Of a stretch of 64,000 nucleotides of DNA, positions 25,030-35,400 are shown in pieces; the stretch's first letter is position 1, and each line of letters starts with the position of its first letter. The stretch is taken from the NCBI GenBank assembly GCA_023920165.1, contig CP089277.1:1612001-1676000 (forward strand). The letters run 5' to 3'. Position numbers and translations under genes: made by a program. The notes under the pieces are model-generated. The model saw only the letters and a program-made list of their open reading frames with translations. It ran no database searches and was not told the origin of the DNA. This stretch comes from Curvularia clavata (taxonomy: Eukaryota).

Positions 25030-26418
25030 ATGGTGAACATTACAGAGAAGATCAAAGAGTGGGACAGCGCCCCTCCAAGTTTTCTCTCTGGCCATGCGCT
25101 AACGGACTGCCCCCGCCAGGATCGAGGAGGAGATGCGGAGGACGCAGAGTGAGTTTTGGCATTGAAACATCAAAGACTGGGACAAACGCTGACTGTAAAC
25201 AGAGAATAAGGCTACAGGTATGCATGGCTCCATGTATGTGCGATTCGATATCACGTGCTGACATGAAAGCGCAGAATATCATCTTGGTCTGCTAAAAGGG
25301 TAAAACACCAGTGAATGCACTGTAGGAGGCATAGCATATTAACCATTCCTCATCCAGAAAACTCGCTCGTCTTCGAGCACAACTTCTCGAACCCGCAGCA
25401 GGTGCGGGTAGTGGCGGCGGAAGTGGTTTCGATGTGTCCAAATCAGGCGATGCACGTATAGCCCTAGTCGGATTTCCCTCTGTCGGAAAGTCGACGTTTC
25501 TGTCCAGAGTAACCAAGACCAAATCAGAAGCAGCGTCGTACGCCTTCACAACGCTCACAGCCATTCCTGGTGTGCTCGAGTATGGCGGTGCAGAGATTCA
25601 AGTACTGGATTTGCCAGGTATTATTGAGGGCGCTGCCGAGGGAAAGGGACGTGGACGACAGGTCATTAGTGCGGCCAAAACGAGTGATTTGATTTGCATG
25701 ATTCTCGATGCCACCAAGAAGGCGGAACAGAGACGATTGCTGGAGGCTGAATTGGAGGCGGTAGGCATCCGGTTGAACCGCTCGCCACCGTACGTCTATG
25801 CTGTTGATGAGACACATGAAAACATGCTAACGACACTACAGTAATATCTACCTCAAACCCAAAAAGGCTGGTGGCATGAAGATCAACTTCCAGGTCCCAC
25901 CAAAGCATCTTGACGAGAAGATGGTTTACAACATTCTCAAGGACTACAAGATTCTCAACTGCGAAGTCCTCATCCGGGACGAGAACGTTACCGTGGATGA
26001 CTTCATTGACACCATCATGAAGGACCACCGCAAGTACATCAAGTGTCTGTACGTGTACAACAAGATTGACAGCATCGGCCTGCCTCATTTGGACGAACTG
26101 GCACGGGAACCGAACACGGTGGTCATGAGCTGCGAACTGGATCTGGGCATTCAAGACGTGGTTGACAGGTGCTGGGAAGAGCTAAGACTGATCCGAATCT
26201 ACACAAAGAGGAAGGGCTGTGAGCCTGACTTTTCCGAGGCGCTGATTGTACGTCAAGGAAGTACAATCGAGGACGTGTGCGACCAGGTGCACCGGACGCT
26301 GAAGGAGACATTCAAGCATGCATTGGTGTGGGGAGCGAGCGCCAGACACGTTCCGCAAAAGGTGGGCTTGGGACATGTGGTGGCTGATGAGGATGTAGTC
26401 AGTATTGTAGCCAAGTAG
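25030..26418 (+). CDS. RBG2: Developmentally regulated GTP-binding protein (ribosome-interacting GTPase 2)
   Basis: Six exons: 25030-25058, 25120-25148, 25203-25217, 25275-25299, 25358-25789, 25842-26418, giving 368 aa. Motifs [29 protein letters not shown] and NKID, plus a C-terminal TGS domain. Confidence 0.93.
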
Positions 26419-27073
26419 TGGATGGCACAAGAAATGCACATGTTCAGGACAAGCCTCGACTCAACCATGAGGGCGCACCAGCCACAATAAAACTCGACCT
26501 AGCCACGAACAGGCGGCTAACAGGATGCTTTCCTCGTAAATACGACGGTGGCGTGTCTGCAGGCGAGAATGCTGCGAGCATCGGGTGAGAAGATCTGATA
26601 AGGGCAAGGCGGCGGTCCCCCCTGTCAGCCCATTGTCGGCTTGGACGGATGCTTCATTTCCGCTGAGCGAGATTGGGATGGAACATCACGTGAGCACTCT
26701 CTAGGGAACCCGCCCGCCTCGCTGATTGGTAGAGGCTGCTGGGCCATAGGTCGATTTACAAGCAGTTAAACTGGGGCCCTGCAATTGCCTTGGGCCGGGA
26801 AAGCCTTCGCTGCCACCCGTTTATTACCACGCCCTCGCGGCTTGCGACTCGCCTCTGCACGCTCCTTTCGTCTTTTTGCCTTTGCCTTTGCCCAGTCTTG
26901 TTTCGTGTTTGCTTTTTCTCGTCGTTGTGTCTCCTCATTGTGACCCGACTCAACCTTGGTTGCACTACCCGCGGCCGCCCCATCTTACTTACACAACGGC
27001 GAATCGCACTGCTTTGGTACCTGAATTATCCGCCCACTAAACCACGCACCCCGCTCCCGCAGCCACAGCAGCC

Positions 27074-28196
27074 ATGGATGTCGTCCTCGAAGTAGCCGAC
27101 TCCTTCATCTTCGACCCTCTCTACGCCAAACTCCTGCCCGCCTATCCCACCGCTTTTGCTACCAATGCTACTCTCTCGAGCGTTCGCGAGGAGCCCACGG
27201 CCTTTGCCCGTCCGCATGCCGCCTGGCAGTATGAACCTGCTACCCACTTGTTCTCCATAACGCCGTCCAAGTATGCCTACATGAGCCAGTGGATGCGTGA
27301 CGACTGGCGACGGCAACTACTGTCCCTGTACCTCATCACATGGTATGCATTCTCTACTACCCTGCGACAACCCCATGCGTACGCCCTGCTTACACCCAAC
27401 CAACAGGATCTTTGGTGTGTTGGTCTACTACATCTTCGCAAGCGCCTCCTACTTTTTCATCTTCGACAAGAGCACCTTCAACCACCCCCGATACCTCAAG
27501 AACCAGATCAAACTCGAAATGAAGCAGGCCAACGTTGCCTTCCCCATCATGGCAATCTTGACCGTACCCTTTTTCCTGGCTGAGGTGCGCGGCTACTCGA
27601 AGCTGTACGACACGGTCGAACAAGGGCCAGGGCTGTGGTACAACTACCTGCAGTTCCCCTTTTTCCTCTTCTTCACCGACTCGCTCATCTACTGGATCCA
27701 CCGCGGCCTTCACCATCCCCGCGTTTACAAGCACATCCACAAGCCCCACCACAAGTGGATCATGCCCACTCCCTATGCCTCGCACGCTTTCCATCCCTTT
27801 GACGGCTGGGCCCAGAGTCTTCCCTACCATATCTTCCCCTTTCTGTTTCCCCTATCCAAGTTTGCCTACGTCCTCTTGTTCGTCACAGTCAACATCTGGA
27901 CCGTTCTGATCCACGACGGTGAATATGCGCACAACTCGGCCATCATCAACGGAGCTGCCTGCCACACCATGCACCACTTGTACTTCAACTACAACTACGG
28001 ACAATTCACGACCCTCTGGGACCGTCTGGGTGGAAGCTACAGGAAGCCCAACGACGAGCTCTTCCAAAAAGAACTCAAAATGTGCCAGAGCGAATGGAAG
28101 AAGCAGGCCGAAGCCGTCGACAAAATGGTACAAGAAGTCGAAGGTGACGTCGACGACCGTAATTATGCGTCTGAGGAACCCAAAAAGGTTCGCTAG
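27074..28196 (+). CDS. ERG3: C-5 sterol desaturase
   Basis: One intron 27343-27406; 352 aa. His boxes HRGLH, HKPHH and HTMHH; ASHAFHP and YNYGQFTTLWDRLGGSY. Confidence 0.96.
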
Positions 28197-28958
28197 ACGG
28201 ACTTACGGCACAACCAAGTGTAGATGTTGGTAAGGATTTTAGGAATGCCGTTATGAATGGGTTAGTGCGTACTAGGCACTTAGTGCTAGTACATGATCGC
28301 AGGCCGATCCCTTGGTCGGTCAGTGCACTCTGGGCGCTTTCGCTTGTAAATACTGTTATTTGCCCTCACTGTTGCATTGGAAATTTTTGGGTACAAAGGC
28401 CTAGCTCCGTGAATCGGGCCTGTCTTGTAATTCTTCGGAAAGTATGTAGGGAAGAGTTTCTCTTCTCGGAAATATTAATTCTAATGTCACCAACGCCAAA
28501 CATTTACTGACCGCCACGATGCTAACTTCCGCATGTCTGACTGGAGTACGACGATCTGAAACCTGGAGCTCGGGCTCTTTAATGAAGGGAAACGTGGGAA
28601 ATGGCCTTACTCCGGCCCGCCTTACAGACCGGAGGAAAGATACGCGTCTGCTGACCCTGGCTGATGCGCAACTTCGCCGTTGTATACACACCGCATGGTC
28701 TCCCTTGGTTGATGTGGCCATGACTGATTGGGACAGGGACAAGGCACACCGAGTCATTCCGGAACCTTGAGTACAAGATCGACGGGTCGCTCCATTCCAG
28801 AAAATAATAGAAGTATCTCAGACATCAAATTTCCTCGTTGCATTCCGTTCAACGCACTCCTTTTCCAAGTTCGAATTGCCCTTGGGAGCATGAAATATTC
28901 TCAACCCAACTCTTCATTCACTATCCACACCACCACTCACGCCAAGACACCGTACACG

Positions 28959-30056
28959 ATGCTGTCGAAACCGGAGCCTCCCATCTCCATTGTCTGCGTG
29001 CACGCCGAGGGAGAAATCGGCGATGTCATCATCAGCGGTATTCCAGACCCTCTACACTGCAACACCATGTACGAAAAGCTGGTCCACTTCCAAACCAAAG
29101 CCGACACGTACCGGCAGCTGCTGATGCAGGAGCCGCGAGGGCGCGTCTCGCAATGCATGAACCTGCTCCTCACGCCGTGCGATCCCCAGGCCGACGCGGG
29201 CTTCCTGACGCTCGAGAGCGACGAATATGCCACCATGAGCGGCAGCAACACCATCTGCGTCACTACGGTGCTGCTGGAAACCGGGCGCATTGAGATGAAA
29301 GAGCCAGAGACACGAGTAACACTCGACACGGCGGCAGGACTAGTCCGAGTGCGCGCTCGCTGCTCAGGAGGCAAGTGTACGAGCGTCGAGTTCGATAACG
29401 TCCCTTCTTTTGTGTACGAACTCGATCTCCCCGTCGACGTACCCGGTCTGGGCCGGATCACCGTAGACGTAGCGTGGGGAGGGATGCACTACGCCGTTGT
29501 ATCTGCGGCGTCTGCCAGCCTCTCCATTTCGCACAAGCATGGCGCCGACTTGATTCGCGTAGGCGAGGCGATTAGAAAGAGCGTTCAGGCTGTGTACGAG
29601 CCGGTGCATCCGCTCAACACGGGCATCCGTGGTGTCTCGACCATGCAGTTTACCGAGCCGCTGGCCATTGTGGCGGCACCCGGAGACGGTGCCGACAACG
29701 AGGCGCCGCGTAAGATTAAAACCGCGAGAAACACAGTCGTCGTTTCCCCCGGTAGACTCGATCGCAGCCCCTGTGGTACAGGCACCTCGGCGCGCATGGC
29801 TGTCCTACATGCCCGTGGCCAACTTGCTGTTGGTGAGCAGTTTACTCATAAAAGTATCATTGGAACGCAGTTTCAGTGCAGTATCATTGGCACCACCAAA
29901 GTCGGCAAGTACGATGCTATCCTGCCGCGAGTCAGGGGCCGCGCCTGGATCACAGGATACAGGCAGGTAGTTGTCGACGAAGAGGATCCGTTTCCCCTTG
30001 GCTTTAGGGTCGGGGATGTTTGGGGTCCGGATTGTGGGACTGCGGTGGCTGAGTAG
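28959..30056 (+). CDS. Proline racemase / hydroxyproline epimerase-dehydratase family protein
   Basis: Intronless. Motifs HAEGEIG, EPRG, MSGSN, VDVAWGG, DRSPCGTGTSAR and DPFPLGF. Alternative in-frame ATG at 28890. Confidence 0.9.
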   Translation: MLSKPEPPISIVCVHAEGEIGDVIISGIPDPLHCNTMYEKLVHFQTKADTYRQLLMQEPRGRVSQCMNLLLTPCDPQADAGFLTLESDEYATMSGSNTICVTTVLLETGRIEMKEPETRVTLDTAAGLVRVRARCSGGKCTSVEFDNVPSFVYELDLPVDVPGLGRITVDVAWGGMHYAVVSAASASLSISHKHGADLIRVGEAIRKSVQAVYEPVHPLNTGIRGVSTMQFTEPLAIVAAPGDGADNEAPRKIKTARNTVVVSPGRLDRSPCGTGTSARMAVLHARGQLAVGEQFTHKSIIGTQFQCSIIGTTKVGKYDAILPRVRGRAWITGYRQVVVDEEDPFPLGFRVGDVWGPDCGTAVAE

Positions 30057-32340
30057 ATGATGACAGGTTGGATAGGGATAGATATTGGTGTTTATGGTTG
30101 CGATGGGTAGAGTCTTCGAAGCGCTGGTACGTTTTAGACTTGGTTTGTTGGGTTATGGTGTTTTGGGTGTTGTAGAGGATGAAAGCTATACTAGCGATAG
30201 TAGGTGTATAGATTACGACAATCAAAAGATGAACTTCATGAGCTTGATGCTTTGTTTGCAGGTGCTGTGGTTACATTCGTGGTGAAAGGCTGAAGTGTTT
30301 AGGATGCTGTGGGAGTTTGTTCCTCTCACTAGGAGTAGTCGAGAAGATGCCTCTCTTCCATTAGTTTGACAGGGAGCAGCGATTCTCTTCCGACCAGCAA
30401 GTGGAAGTAGTATGTACTGTGCGTCAAGAACTAGTGCATTACACTTTAGACATCTTAAATAAAACTTACGCTTTGCTTGTCTTCATGCCCCGCAGGAGAC
30501 TCACTGCGGATGCTAGAGATGATCAATTATTCAATCAATTCCATCCAAAGCAGTTGGAGCAACACAGAACTTCACCAAATAACGGACGTGAAGGATAGAG
30601 GTATTCTCTCAGAGTACGCTCGCGTGTTGGTGTACTTTCAAGTTCTCTGAAAGCAGGTGAGGCAACTGCCGAGTAGAATCTGGTCTGCTCAAAGAATGTT
30701 AGATTGAATAATAAAATCACAAGGATAAGTCTTCTTTTAAATACAGATCGAACGAAGAGCAGCAGAACAGCAGTATTATAGTCATCATTTCAACCCACTT
30801 CAGTGTCATTTTGTGCTCTTCAGGTCTCATGAAACAAAAGGGGGTGAGTAGCAACTAGTCTCTAGTCTACTTAAGATTGCAGAGTATAAGTGTGAACTTA
30901 TTATGGTAAGTCGTTTTGTGTAATCGAAGTCCACACAATATGCAATAGGATAGAAATGGTAGAAAGAGACGTCCATGATCTTATGGTAAAAGTGTGAGGT
31001 ACATCTGATAACATGATTTAATGTACATTTTTAGGGCATATCGATACAAAAAGGCTCTCCAGTTTTACAGAACTCTTATCTGGGATATAATACACTAGAT
31101 ATCCTATTTCCAGATTACTTGTCTATGACTGTTTACAGTTTGAAGCAAGAGCAGAGGAGGACATCTCAGTCTAGCATTACGTTGGCAGATCTACATTGAG
31201 ACAAAAGGATCAAGAGTTTCTATCTCTGAACTACATCCGATTTCAGATCTACTCATCAAACCGCATGTCTAGACATTCGTCCTCCCGATTGATGTCGAAT
31301 CTGCGCCAAGAACAAGAGCCACAGCCACGCCACTATCAACTGCATATCTAGTATCCACTCTTGCCACCAACGCCGCACAACGTGTGGGGGCTCAATGCAT
31401 CACCATTAACACGAACGCCAGGCAATACAACGCATCCTCAACAGCCAAAACCCCGTCAAGCGTGTAGTCGCCAACTTCCCGCATACCCTCGGTACTGCGG
31501 GGTCCCCTTGTCCGCCATGGCTGTTCCCGCAGCAAGCCAGCGCCCCCAGCAGGCAACTTACCGATGAACACCATGTCTCCACCATGTCTTGCATCAACGA
31601 CCTCGATCTTTGCATGTTCATTCTCACCGCCGTTTTCCAAGCTTCCTTTCCTTCCGTTCCAATCCATACCCCGCGTGCGGATGCAAAAACGCCTCCTCAA
31701 CAATTCACCCCGCCCGCTCCTCTGCCTCACTTGCGACATTTTTTTCGTGTGAGGTACGTCCGGTGATGAGATTAAGCGGGTGTGCATATTAGCGGTGTAG
31801 AAGGGGAAATACTGCCAATGAGATGGCGAGAAATAGATACACGCCTGTGTAACATGAGGGTTGTATTGTGATTTTCCAACCACTAGGTTTCATCGTCTAG
31901 AAAACAGATGCGTGCACAAGCCACATGTTTCCTTTTCTTATTTGACAGCAAATGCAAACTGCACAATGTACACATGATGCAAGGCCACTTGGTAAGTTGC
32001 TAGAGTGAGGCTTTTAGCTCACCTCCGCAAAAACGCTCTCTCTAGGTGTATCTGCACGTACGCACGTACTCTATGTACTGGACATACTACATACGCGCTG
32101 CAGTGATGAGAAAGGCCGTGTTTACAAGAAAAGTGGGGACAAGTGATCCCCAAAAAGCAAATCAGAGGTAAACACAAGAAAGCCATCTCCACACCACCAT
32201 AACCGCGCATCATCATCACCTCCGTCATTCTCATCATCATCGTCAAGGGCCTCTCTCCCGAAGCAGCCTAGCTCTGTCCAATGGGCCTTGCGCATCATGG
32301 TAGATCATAGGGCATGTCCATGTACATCACCTTTTTGACC

Positions 32341-32462
32341 GCTAAGATACCGGAGCGCGCGCTTGGCGAGAAAGAGAGACGCAACTACAACGTTAGGTTA
32401 CCGGAGAATCGCTCTTTCGCCAAGTCGTCGCATCAATGTACCGAGAAACCTATTCTCTTAAC
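32341..32462 (-). ncRNA. Candidate structured non-coding RNA (long imperfect hairpin, possibly a milRNA precursor)
   Basis: Inverted repeats CTTGGCG(32362-68)/CGCCAAG(32418-24) and AAAGAG(32371-76)/CTCTTT(32412-17), with inner and outer helices; G-U pairs favour the minus strand. No expression data. Confidence 0.3.
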
Positions 32463-35400
32463 TCGTCGCTCTTGTCGGTTGCTTGCTTGCTAGGGCGCTG
32501 TTGAACTGTTGAACAGAGTTCAGCTCAGCGAGGGGCGCGAGCACGAGCGAGCGAGGTCGAGGCGGGGAATGGGGGGAAGGGTGTGCGGACGACTACTAAG
32601 CGAGGCGGTCGGTACGGGTAAAGGCAGTGAAGGGTAGGCGATATGTACGGTAGCAGTTAGGAAAGTGGGCGTTTTCGTCCACTGGGGTTGCGGCGCTTAC
32701 TTGCAGCCTACAGGCTTCTGGACTACTAGTGAGTCCAGGCGTGCGGGTACCATGGGTTACGTTGCTGGCCTTAGGTACGAGAATAGAGAGGGAAATAAGC
32801 CTTGAGCAGCTAACACCGGCGCACCGATTACGAGTGAGACTATACTTGTCACTACTCGGTTTTCTTTACCCCTTCGCCAGGCGCGTTTGCTGACAAAACA
32901 TGTCATTTTCCACCGTCCACCGTCCACTTCACCAGTGGTCCCGTGGCCTATCGGTGCCGCCGATGGGGACGGAAAAGGAGACCGTCTTGTCCAAAGTTTG
33001 TAGGGATCAGACTTGTTCCTGCTGAATAAAGTTTCTGGGTCAGGGTCAGCTGTAGTATGTACATCCTAGCCACATGTCTAAACATGGGTTGGGTGGCAGG
33101 TAGGTTGCAGCGTAGGGACAGATTTTGACAGGAAACGTCCCAGGGAAGATCCGGTGAGGATTCCCGCCCTCCACGATTTGTGGCTCATAACACCATGCAA
33201 AGATGCAAGTACTGGCATACCTAACGAATAATATGTAGTTCACAGTGTGGAGATTCCCGTCGCAAACCTTGAACTCATCGCGTGGATCACTTCCCCCGCT
33301 GCAGTATGCTCAGCTACTGCATGTCAACGTGCATGCAGCGTGTCATCATGGCCACGCTCCCCACACACACACCGGACGACCGACATGTTGAACCTGCGCG
33401 CTTGGACCTACTCTAGTACCTGTTGTGTTACCCAATGTGATCTACAGTCAGTGTGAAATCGAGGTCCGCGCGCCCCGGTGTACAGGGGGAGGGTACCTGG
33501 TCTACGGAATGTCCAATATCCAGATCTACCCAGTCATGCCTCGCCATGTATTCTCGAGTACATGATTTGTTGCGTATGTTTGCCACGAGGATGCCTTATC
33601 GCTGCTTCGGGAGGTGGTACTGTAGTGTAGTGCCCCTATGCCTACGTACCAAGGAGAGTGTGACTTGTCTTCGGGATCCTGACCAAGATGGCGCATGTAC
33701 CATAGCACATGACGATCAGACTAGAAAGAGAGAATGTTATTTGTCGAGTGCTCCGTGGCCGCCTGTGTCGGCCGTGAGGGATAATGCCGGATCGTTGTAC
33801 TTGGTAGAGGGTGTTGAAGACCACGTATGCGACGCACCTTGGGCATCCAGTACCATGTGTATAACACATGTATACAGATTTATGAAGCGCTGGCAATGCA
33901 ATGCAGGATGATGCAGCGATCTAGCCATCTTATGTGATCATGTATCGTGCAAAGGCGCGTCACGGTTCCGCGGCGAATTGCACAGAGTGAGCGGATGATG
34001 CACGAGGAACCAAAGAGGTTACAAAACACGATTTGTCGAGAATTCTGTTGATGCACAATCCTTGAGCTGTACAGTGTTGCAGTCACGGCGTGATTCGTGA
34101 AAGTCTCGTGACAGTCACGCTGCAGCAAGCCCCTTGTTCAGCAGGCACTCGGAGTGCTTCAGAGGTGCACATAAGCCACTCTGAATTCGAGATCAGCGTA
34201 CATGTATGTGCCTATCATCGGTCGCGACCGTTGAATGCGCCACTCAAGCCTGCACGAATTCTGTCAGTCCCACCAGATTTCATGTCAAACTCCCCGTCAC
34301 AGCAATATAACGACGACTCGCACTCTCGCCAAGCCTGAATCCATCTCTTCTTGTTTGCTCTTGCTGCTGGACTGTAATTTTGCATCTGACCTGTCAGATG
34401 TCTGTGCCGGAAGGCCTCCCGCGCCACATGCATGCCTCTGAATCAGGGAGACTATGCCCTGGCTCCCATTATCCCACAACAGTCCTGCGGCCTGGATTAA
34501 CCGTACTCGATCGGAATCTCACTGCAGGTACATGGGAGATACCTTCATGTGCAGGCTAGTCGCTTCGATTGCCGATGTTCTCCTGCTTTACAAGCACCAA
34601 ATGGTGGACCAAAGTCTGACAGCCGATGCTGTGTCACCACGCTCGTCAGTCTTCAATGAAGAACGGCTTGTAAGACACTGTGTTTGCGACCATACAAGAT
34701 GTGCCCTGATCGTGCCCTGATCATGATAGTATTGGCTATCAAGACTCTAGAAAACATGGATTGCCACGAGTGGAAAGCCAAGACATTCGTGAACAGGATG
34801 GGGACGCAGGCCCGTCGGTGTTAGTGAGTATCAAATTAGTGAGTATCGAAAAGCGCCGGCACTGGATAAGTGTTCAATGCAGAAGAAGCTGCAGATGTGC
34901 GGACTTGACCGAGACGACAGATTCATGACGAATTTTTGAGGATCCGAATGCGAGGCCCAGAGCCCCTACGCCCCTATTGCAATGGCGAAGAAGGCAAACC
35001 AATGCAGGATTCATCGACACCCACAGCTCAGTAACCCTTGCGCGGGCATTCCAATGACGTAACCTGGAGTCGTGTGGGAAGAAGCGGTCGCACGACTGCA
35101 CGTTGGTCTCAAAATGGATATTTTTCAGCCCAGGTAAGAGGAAGGCCTACACCGAGACCGAGTGTAGAGTGTTCATCTCGGTTGAGTACCAGAGATTTGA
35201 CGGGACAAGTGTGGAGAGGTATTCTTAACTTGTCAAAGTGAGACGCGCATAGATGATGGGGTGGAGGTAGGGACCAAGATGGCAGAATGGCATGATGTAT
35301 GAAGGGATGAATCAGACCATGCTCATGCCCTCGCTGACTTAGGGTGATCTCCACGACCCCACAGAGCGGTCTTGCTTCTACATTCTTCAATGATACTCCA

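Noticed and set aside
7062..30056. HEM1, GSH2 and ERG3 as a heme/redox/sterol cluster, or GSH2 linked to the Gfa fusion
   Set aside because: They are interspersed with unrelated housekeeping genes over tens of kb; ordinary synteny suffices, and there is no PKS, NRPS or other cluster backbone.
32163..32243. Possible C/D-box snoRNA on the minus strand (ATGATGA ... CTGA)
   Set aside because: GAT runs are common in fungal non-coding DNA; I found no terminal stem or rRNA-complementary guide.
32285..32300. GCCTTGCGCATCAYGG shared with 47179-47194, each about 90 nt from a GTTAGG(G)TTA motif
   Set aside because: Matches of this length are expected many times by chance in 64 kb, and the intervening sequences do not align.
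32392..32400. UAACCUAAC in the hairpin as a telomerase template
   Set aside because: It would specify TTAGG rather than the TTAGGG typical of filamentous ascomycetes, and it lies inside a predicted stem.
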